The notes beneath the pieces are model-generated. The model had not been told where the DNA came from, did no database searches, and worked only from the letters and a program-made list of their open reading frames with translations. Shown in pieces: positions 51,043-56,533 of a stretch of 64,000 nt of DNA (position 1 is its first letter; every line of letters begins with the position of its first letter). The DNA lies in assembly GCA_036406595.1 (NCBI GenBank), contig DASXAR010000061.1, forward strand, positions 2,566-66,565, written 5' to 3'. The position numbers and the translations under genes were made by a program. The stretch comes from Solirubrobacterales bacterium. GTDB taxonomy: Bacteria; Actinomycetota; Thermoleophilia; Solirubrobacterales; 70-9.

Positions 51043-51768
51043 GTGGAAGAGGTGCGAATCGGCTGCTCGGGCTGGAGCTACCGCGACTGGCGCGGCGCCC
51101 TCTACCCGCCCGGGACGCCGACCTCCCGCTGGTTGGCTCACTACGCATCGATATTCGACACGGTCGAGGTGAACGCCACCTTCTACCGGCTGCCGAAGCG
51201 CGACACGGTCCGTGGCTGGGTGGAGCAGGTCCCCGCCGGCTTTCTCTTCGCGGTCAAGGCAAGTCGCTACCTGACCCACATGAAGCGACTGCGCGATGTC
51301 GGCAGCGGGCTGGCAAGGTTCTGGGAGCGGATCGAGCCGCTGCGTGAGTCGGAAAAGCTGGGGCCGGTGCTCTGGCAGCTGCCGGAGCGCTTCGAGCGCG
51401 ACGACGAGACGCTGGCCGGCGCCCTGGGCGCCATGCCCGCGGCGGGGCATTGCTTCGAGTTTCGCCACCCGAGCTGGTTCGCGCCGGACGTGATGGAGCT
51501 TCTGGAAGAGCACGGCGCCTCATTGGCAATCGGCGACGATCCGCGCCGACCGCTGCCCGACCGCTCACCGCACGGACCGCTCGCCTACCTCCGCCTCCAC
51601 TACGGGACGAGGGGCCGCGCCGGCAACTACTCGGACCGAGAGCTGGCGGTCTGGCGTCGGAGGATCGCGTCGTGGCGCTCGAAACGCCCGGTCTTCGCGT
51701 ATCTGAACAACGACTGGCAGGGCTTCGCGCCGCGCAACGCAAGGACGCTGCGCCGCGGATTGCACTAG
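51043..51768 (+). CDS. DUF72 (YecE-like TIM-barrel) protein
   Basis: RIGCSGWSYRDW...FDTVEVNATFYRLP motif. GTG 51043 chosen because it lies 9 nt after GGGTAT. Confidence 0.8.
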   Translation: MEEVRIGCSGWSYRDWRGALYPPGTPTSRWLAHYASIFDTVEVNATFYRLPKRDTVRGWVEQVPAGFLFAVKASRYLTHMKRLRDVGSGLARFWERIEPLRESEKLGPVLWQLPERFERDDETLAGALGAMPAAGHCFEFRHPSWFAPDVMELLEEHGASLAIGDDPRRPLPDRSPHGPLAYLRLHYGTRGRAGNYSDRELAVWRRRIASWRSKRPVFAYLNNDWQGFAPRNARTLRRGLH

Positions 51769-51777
51769 AGATCCTTC

Positions 51778-51802
51778 GTTTCCCCCACCCCGATCCGGGT
51801 AG
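51778..51802 (+). promoter_or_regulatory. SigB/F-type promoter GTTT-N15-GGGTAG for the 74-aa ORF (leaderless)
   Basis: GTTT 51778-51781 and GGGTAG 51797-51802. ATG 51812 is 9 nt downstream. Confidence 0.6.
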
Positions 51803-51811
51803 CGGCTGCAC

Positions 51812-52036
51812 ATGCTCGACACGGTCTCACTTCCGCGACCGGGACAGAGGTGGCTCAGCTGCCCGCCCTACGTTCTGATCGCCCACGTGGTCCAGCTCGA
51901 CCAGAGCGTCGAGCCCCCGGTGGTGAGCTACGAGCTGCAGGACGACGAGGGGTGCCTGCTCGAGAGTGTTGAGCACGCGGTGGTCGACGAGGGCTGGTGG
52001 AAGACGTTCCAGCCGATGGTCGTCCGGCGAGGCTAG
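51812..52036 (+). CDS. hypothetical 74-aa protein (candidate leaderless gene)
   Basis: GC3 about 89%. ATG lies exactly 9 nt after the GGGTAG of an exact GTTT-N15-GGGTAG promoter. Confidence 0.5.
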   Translation: MLDTVSLPRPGQRWLSCPPYVLIAHVVQLDQSVEPPVVSYELQDDEGCLLESVEHAVVDEGWWKTFQPMVVRRG

Positions 52037-52073
52037 TCAGCACCCGCCGCCGCGGTCAGCACCCGCCGCCGCG
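52036..52073. repeat. perfect 19-bp tandem duplication starting at the stop codon of the 74-aa ORF
   Basis: GTCAGCACCCGCCGCCGCG x2. Confidence 0.9.
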
Positions 52074-52089
52074 CCAAAGCACGGCTCGA

Positions 52090-52308
52090 TCATCGCGGCT
52101 CACCCCAGAGTCCCTTATGGCTGTCGTCCTCGTACTTGCCCGCGTGCCCGGTCGGCGGCTCCATCCGCTCGTCGGCGCGGGGCCGGCCGCTGACATAGAC
52201 GAGGAAGGCGACGAACAAGGGCACGGCGATGATCAACGCGAAGAGCGGCGACCAGGCGACCGCGATCACCGCGAGGATGACGAGGGCGATCAGTGGGATC
52301 ACGTACAC
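52090..52308 (-). CDS. small 2-TM membrane protein
   Basis: 72 aa with two hydrophobic helices and a charged tail. Last gene of the DJ-1 operon. Confidence 0.5.
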   Translation of the reverse strand: MYVIPLIALVILAVIAVAWSPLFALIIAVPLFVAFLVYVSGRPRADERMEPPTGHAGKYEDDSHKGLWGEPR

Positions 52309-52323
52309 GACTCTTACCTGCTC

Positions 52324-52584
52324 TCAGTAACGCGGCGGAACTTCCCGCGGCGGGACTTCCCGCGGCGGCACCTCTTCGCGCCGCTCGGCCGCCGCCACTT
52401 CGCGCCGGCGGCTGCGCTCGGTCCAGATCGCCTCCTGGAAGAAGGCGAGAATGAGGCCGGCGGCGCCGGCTCCCATCAGGATCCAACCGACGACGTCGAG
52501 GTTGACCCCCTGGACATGGAGGTTGGTCGCGAAGGTGAGAATCGCTCCGACGACGATAAGGAGGAGCGCGCCGGCGATGGTCAT
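52324..52584 (-). CDS. DUF6458 family small membrane protein
   Basis: MTIAGALLLIVVGAILTFA...VVGWILMGAGAAGLILAF pattern. ATG 52584 overlaps the DJ-1 stop. C-terminal (E)VPPR x3. Confidence 0.65.
   Translation of the reverse strand: MTIAGALLLIVVGAILTFATNLHVQGVNLDVVGWILMGAGAAGLILAFFQEAIWTERSRRREVAAAERREEVPPREVPPREVPPRY
52331..52375. repeat. 15-bp x3 tandem repeat at the 3' end of the DUF6458 gene
   Basis: CGCGGCGG(A/G/C)AC(T/C)TC(C/T) x3. Encodes (E)VPPR x3. Confidence 0.85.
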
Positions 52585-53159
52585 CGTGCCACCGCCTCGC
52601 GCTGCTCCTCGTGAACTCCCTCGGCGAACTCCTCGACGATCTTCGCGGTGAAGGCAGGCAGGTCGTCTGGTTTGCGACTGCTCACCAACCCCCGGTCCAC
52701 GTGGACCTCCTCGTCGACCCATTCCGCGCCGGCGTTGCGAAGGTCGGACTGAAGGCTCGGCCACGAGGTCAGCGTGCGGCCGCGGGCCAGTCCCGCATCA
52801 ATCAGAGTCCATGGCCCGTGACAGATGACGCCGACGGGCTTGCCGGCCTCGAATATGGCGCGAGCGAAATCCAGCGCCTCCTGGTCGGTGCGCAGCTGGT
52901 CGGGATTGGCGACGCCCCCGGGCAGGACCAGGCCGTCGAATTCGGCCGGGTCGGCATCGCCGACCGCCTCGGCCGCGAAGACGTCGCCCTTGTCGAGATG
53001 ATTGAAGGCCTGGACCTCGCCCGATTCGGGGGCGAGGATCACCGTCTCGGCGCCGGCATCGCGCACGCTCTGAAGCGGCTCGGTCAGCTCGACCTGCTCG
53101 ACGCCCTCGTTCGCGGTCAGAAACGCGATCCGCTTTCCCCTCAGCTCGTCAGACATCAC
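52581..53159 (-). CDS. DJ-1/PfpI family protein (type 1 glutamine amidotransferase-like, general stress protein 18-like)
   Basis: Nucleophile elbow VICHGPW. 192 aa. Confidence 0.85.
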   Translation of the reverse strand: MMSDELRGKRIAFLTANEGVEQVELTEPLQSVRDAGAETVILAPESGEVQAFNHLDKGDVFAAEAVGDADPAEFDGLVLPGGVANPDQLRTDQEALDFARAIFEAGKPVGVICHGPWTLIDAGLARGRTLTSWPSLQSDLRNAGAEWVDEEVHVDRGLVSSRKPDDLPAFTAKIVEEFAEGVHEEQREAVAR

Positions 53160-53192
53160 GGTTCCTCTCTTCTCTTTTCATCCCCTCTGTAG

Positions 53193-53216
53193 TCCCCGCG
53201 AGCGCCGCACCCAAAC
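53193..53216 (-). promoter_or_regulatory. weak GTTT-N15-GGGGAC match upstream of the DJ-1/PfpI operon
   Basis: Plus strand shows AAAC 53213-53216. The -10 deviates from consensus (GGGGA). Confidence 0.2.
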
Positions 53217-53326
53217 ATGGGGGGAGAGCTCTCCGGCCCGAACGCCTCTCCGCCTGAGGCGGTTGGTCTTCTCACCCGAGCGGGAACCGTGGTGACGGTG
53301 AAAGCCGCTGGGGTCCGGGCCGCGAG

Positions 53327-53602
53327 CTATGTCGCCTCCGCGCCTTCCTCGCCCGGCCAACTGCCGGTGAGGCGATGGAAGCTACGCCTGCTGCCGTGGT
53401 CGACCACCCCTTTGACCAGCCGGAAGACGGCACCTTCCAGAAGGAGCGCCGGGACCAGCCTCGCAAAGCTCGCCTCACGCTGGTCGGGCTCCGGGGCCTC
53501 CTCCTCGTCGAAGGCCAGCCAGATGCGCCTCACGCCCCAGCGCGCCACCGCCCCGGCGAGGAGACTGGTGAGGACGCCGAACGGTATGAACAGGACCTTC
53601 AT
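53327..53602 (-). CDS. DUF4235 domain protein
   Basis: 91 aa. Membrane-proximal helix plus the LLEGAVFRLVKGVVD pattern. Confidence 0.6.
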   Translation of the reverse strand: MKVLFIPFGVLTSLLAGAVARWGVRRIWLAFDEEEAPEPDQREASFARLVPALLLEGAVFRLVKGVVDHGSRRSFHRLTGSWPGEEGAEAT

Positions 53603-54135
53603 CGCGCCCCCGGACGCTCAGGCGATCCCTCGAGCTCGTACTCGCGCAGGAAGCCCTCGAAGAGCCGCCGGTGCGACTGCTCGTCGTGGAGGATCTCGAT
53701 CGTCATGTCCTGCGTCACCGGGTCGACCTGGTCGGTCTCCTCGACGATCCGCGTGTAGTGCTCGATCGCGCCGGTCTCGGCCTTGATAACGCCGCGGATC
53801 ACGTGCACGGTGTCGGTCTGCTCCTCGGGAGGCTGGAGGTAGCTCTGTTCCGGCGCGAATTCCTCCGAGCCCGGCACGACTCCGTAGAGCTCCTTGATCC
53901 GCTCGGCGAAGCGTTTGGCGTGCCCGAGCTCCTCGTCGACGTCCTCGGCGAGCGACTCCTTGATCTCCTGCGCGCGGACACCATCGAGATTGACCGAGGC
54001 CGAGATGTAGCTCATCACCGTCTCGATCTCCATCCAGTAGGCCGTGCAGAGGAGGTCGACCACCTGCTGGCGCTTCTCCAGGTTGTCGCTGTCCAGAATG
54101 CCCTTTCCGGGCGATGTCGATGCCTCCATGAACAT
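53599..54135 (-). CDS. ferritin-like (Dps/bacterioferritin-like four-helix bundle) protein
   Basis: AYWMEIETV...EELGHAKRFAERI...E..H di-iron-type ligand spacing. Confidence 0.65.
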   Translation of the reverse strand: MFMEASTSPGKGILDSDNLEKRQQVVDLLCTAYWMEIETVMSYISASVNLDGVRAQEIKESLAEDVDEELGHAKRFAERIKELYGVVPGSEEFAPEQSYLQPPEEQTDTVHVIRGVIKAETGAIEHYTRIVEETDQVDPVTQDMTIEILHDEQSHRRLFEGFLREYELEGSPERPGAR

Positions 54136-54166
54136 CCCTCCATTCCTCGCGGGCGGCGAGGTAGAG

Positions 54167-54193
54167 CTACCCGAACCGCGCGGAAGTCAATCC
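54167..54193 (-). promoter_or_regulatory. near-consensus GGATT-N16-GGGTAG for the ferritin-like/DUF4235 operon
   Basis: Plus strand shows CTACCC 54167-54172 and AATCC 54189-54193. Confidence 0.45.
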
Positions 54194-55275
54194 CCCGGGC
54201 CGAAGGAGGCGCGGGGGACCGTATCCGGGTCCCCGCCGGTCCAGGCGTTGAAGCGGTACCAGGACGGCTTCGCTTCGCGCTTGGCGGTCAGGAGGCCCGC
54301 CGAGTCGCAGAACTGGCAGTAGGGCGAGTCGACCCAGGAGAACCACCAGACCCCTCCGATCCGCCAGGCGCTGCGGTGGCCGGCGAGCATCGAGAAGGCC
54401 TCGTTGAGCTCGCGCGCCTGGCCGTAGAGGCCACGCTCCCAGCGCGACTCGAAGCTGTCGGAGCCCCAGCCGAGCTCGGTCACATAGAGCGGGGTGCTCG
54501 CGTCGTGGTGGACGCGCATGACGCGCCGCAGGTTGATGATCTGGGCTCGCATCGCATGGGCGTCGGCGACGTAGGGATGCAGGGCGACGCCATCGAAATA
54601 GCGCTTCACGTGGCGCGCCCGGTAGATGCGCGACAGGTAGTCGCCCGAGGCGACGTTGGGGGGAATCTGCAGAGGCCGCCCGAAGAGGCCGCCGAGGATC
54701 ACCCGCGCTTCCGGGTCGGCGCCGTGCAGGACCGAGCCGCTGACCCGCAGCAACGCGGCGTACCGCCGTGGATCCGGGCGGCGGGAGAAGGTGACGATGT
54801 TCTCCTCGTTCCAGATCTCCCAGTCGCGGATCGGCAGGTACGGCAGATCGGGATTCGCCCTCCAGAAGGAGCCTTCGGACCCGTAGCGGCGGGCGGCGGC
54901 ACGCAGGAACGAGCCCCAGGCCCGGCGCGCGTGGCGGTTGGCCGGCTCGTCCCGCGGCACCGGCGCGATCCAGGCCGGAGAGCTGGTGACGAATGCGAAG
55001 GCGCGGATCCCCTGGTCGGCGGCAAGCGCCACCTCGCGATCGAAGCCCGACCAGTCCGGTTCGACCAGGAACGGGCTGAAGCGCTCGATCTGACTCCAGA
55101 GCAGGGGAAGCCTGACGCTGCGCACCCCCGCATCGCGCATCAGTTCGAAGTCCTCCTTTTCGAGCCCCCCCTGCGGCGACATCCCGAAGAAGTCGTGGGG
55201 GACGCGCGCGGAGGCGCCGCCAGGCAGGACGAGCATGGCGACGAGCACGACGATCGGTGCGAGCTTTCGTATCAC
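54187..55275 (-). CDS. secreted clan GH-A glycoside hydrolase (GH5/GH39-like)
   Basis: Signal peptide, acid/base WEIWNEEN and nucleophile YVTELGW. GTG 55275 (behind AGGTGA) chosen because the longer ORF would overlap tRNA-Pro. Confidence 0.7.
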   Translation of the reverse strand: MIRKLAPIVVLVAMLVLPGGASARVPHDFFGMSPQGGLEKEDFELMRDAGVRSVRLPLLWSQIERFSPFLVEPDWSGFDREVALAADQGIRAFAFVTSSPAWIAPVPRDEPANRHARRAWGSFLRAAARRYGSEGSFWRANPDLPYLPIRDWEIWNEENIVTFSRRPDPRRYAALLRVSGSVLHGADPEARVILGGLFGRPLQIPPNVASGDYLSRIYRARHVKRYFDGVALHPYVADAHAMRAQIINLRRVMRVHHDASTPLYVTELGWGSDSFESRWERGLYGQARELNEAFSMLAGHRSAWRIGGVWWFSWVDSPYCQFCDSAGLLTAKREAKPSWYRFNAWTGGDPDTVPRASFGPGD

Positions 55276-55345
55276 GCCATCACCTGGACCCCTGGCGCAG
55301 GCCAAAGTAGCGCACGAGGGGCGCGGGCATCCCGCTGCGTCCCTC

Positions 55346-55354
55346 TGAGATAAT
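55346..55354 (+). promoter_or_regulatory. extended -10 TGAGATAAT upstream of tRNA-Pro
   Basis: 9 nt before the tRNA 5' end. An identical 9-mer occurs upstream of the patatin gene. Confidence 0.5.
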
Positions 55355-55363
55355 CGCCCCTCT

Positions 55364-55437
55364 CGGGGCGTGGCGCAGCCTGGTAGCGCGCACCGTTCGG
55401 GTCGGTGAGGTCCCCGGTTCAAATCCGGGCGCCCCGA
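55364..55437 (+). tRNA. tRNA-Pro (anticodon CGG)
   Basis: 74-nt cloverleaf. Acceptor CGGGGCG/CGCCCCG, D arm GCGC-AGCCTGGTA-GCGC, anticodon arm CACCG-TTCGGGT-CGGTG, T arm CCCGG-TTCAAAT-CCGGG. CCA is not encoded. Confidence 0.9.
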
Positions 55438-55448
55438 TTAGCCGTGAG

Positions 55449-55488
55449 CTGGGCGGCTCATGGGTAGTTCCCCCCATCAGCCGCCCAG
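55449..55488. terminator. bidirectional hairpin between tRNA-Pro and dsbA
   Basis: CTGGGCGGCT (55449-55458) pairs with AGCCGCCCAG (55479-55488). The right arm spans the dsbA stop codon. Confidence 0.5.
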
Positions 55489-56205
55489 TTCTTCGATCGC
55501 GCCCTCCGCTTCTCGCAGGCCCGGTCCGTCCTGGAGGGTCCGGGTGCCCTTCGGGCCGGTGACGATCATCGCAGGGCGGGTGCGGATGCCCAGCTCCGTT
55601 CCCAGCTGCTCGTAGGCTTCGAGCTTCGTGGTGATCGCCCCGCCGCTGCCGCTCTCGCTGTCCAGGTATTCCCGCCACTCCCCCACGTCGAGCTCGCCGA
55701 TCGACCCGGCGAGCGATTCCTGGAACTCGTCGTCGATCCCGAACCGCGCGGCCTCCTCCTGATTGCGGAAGAAGAGATACGTGTACTGCCAGCCGTAGCC
55801 CTGCTGGGCCGCCGCCTCGGCGCCGAAGAAGCCGACCTCGAGGGGATTCTCGGCGACCGAGTAGTGGCGCAGCAGGAGTTTCGCGTCGCCCGGGCGGGCA
55901 AAGTCTTCGACCAGCCCGGGAATCACCTTGAGGAAGTCTTCACGGCAGTCTCCGCACTGCAGGTCGGCGAAGACCTGGACCGAGACCGGCGCGTCGGAGG
56001 AACCGAGGCGGTCGCCTTCCTCAGGAACGCCTCCGAACGTCTCCTGCATCGTCGAGATCCCCTCCACGTCGACCGATTTGGGGCCCGGCGGCCGGGTCGA
56101 GATCTCGACGATCGCGTAACCGAGCACGCCGAGGGCGATCGCGAGAGCGAGGATCACCCAGAGCCTGCCGCGCCGCGGGATCGTCGTTGCCGCCATCTCG
56201 GCCAT
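55477..56205 (-). CDS. DsbA-family thiol:disulfide oxidoreductase, membrane-anchored
   Basis: CGDC active site and an N-terminal TM helix. ATG 56205 chosen because it is 6 nt after a GATAAT -10 (leaderless); the track start is 56232. Confidence 0.75.
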   Translation of the reverse strand: MAEMAATTIPRRGRLWVILALAIALGVLGYAIVEISTRPPGPKSVDVEGISTMQETFGGVPEEGDRLGSSDAPVSVQVFADLQCGDCREDFLKVIPGLVEDFARPGDAKLLLRHYSVAENPLEVGFFGAEAAAQQGYGWQYTYLFFRNQEEAARFGIDDEFQESLAGSIGELDVGEWREYLDSESGSGGAITTKLEAYEQLGTELGIRTRPAMIVTGPKGTRTLQDGPGLREAEGAIEELGG

Positions 56206-56211
56206 CCGAGC

Positions 56212-56217
56212 ATTATC
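56212..56217 (-). promoter_or_regulatory. -10 GATAAT, 6 nt before the dsbA ATG 56205 (leaderless)
   Basis: Plus strand reads ATTATC. Confidence 0.45.
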
Positions 56218-56261
56218 CCGGGCGGCGATCACGGCCGAATTCCCGCAATCTGCGAGTAATC

Positions 56262-56288
56262 GTTTGACACGTCCGTCGCCGGGGGTAA
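56262..56288 (+). promoter_or_regulatory. SigB/F-type promoter GTTT-N17-GGGTAA for the small HTH gene / fadD
   Basis: GTTT 56262-56265 and GGGTAA 56283-56288, within an AT-rich patch. Confidence 0.5.
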
Positions 56289-56328
56289 AAATTTCCCTAC
56301 TTGATTTTCAGCTATCTGGGAGGTCGCA

Positions 56329-56511
56329 GTGGCCAATCACCTGACCCCGTCTGAGCTTGCCGACGAGCTTCACATGAAGCGGCAGGAGGTGATCGGCAAA
56401 TGCGTAGAGCTGCATGTGCCGATCTTCCATGGCCGCATCGACAGATTCCTCTTCGAGTCATCCCTCCGGCAGGCGGCGCAGCAGAAGGGTCAGCCGGCCC
56501 GGGCTCTCTAG
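56329..56511 (+). CDS. small excisionase/MerR-like helix-turn-helix protein (60 aa)
   Basis: LTPSELADELHMKRQEVIGKCVELHVPIFHGRI fits the HTH_17 pattern. GTG start behind GGGAGG. Confidence 0.5.
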   Translation: MANHLTPSELADELHMKRQEVIGKCVELHVPIFHGRIDRFLFESSLRQAAQQKGQPARAL

Positions 56512-56533
56512 CCGTCATCTAGACTCCCCCGCG

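Noticed and set aside
55276-55422. N-terminal 49 codons of the track ORF 54187-55422
   Set aside because: They would overlap tRNA-Pro on the opposite strand. GTG 55275 has an AGGTGA SD and yields a normal signal peptide.
55462-55467. GGGTAG between tRNA-Pro and dsbA
   Set aside because: It lies in the loop of the bidirectional terminator hairpin, has no -35 and points into the antisense of dsbA.
55364-56232. Genomic island or integrated element at tRNA-Pro
   Set aside because: No integrase, no direct repeat of the tRNA 3' end and no compositional shift. The neighbouring genes are housekeeping (dsbA, fadD).
56264-56292. Reading the fadD-upstream promoter as a sigma-70 type (TTGACA-N16-TAAAAA)
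   Set aside because: This reading is possible. However, the same bases fit GTTT-N17-GGGTAA, the architecture of the sigma gene's own promoter, and no other TTGACA-type -35 was seen in the window. The ambiguity is kept in the feature's confidence.
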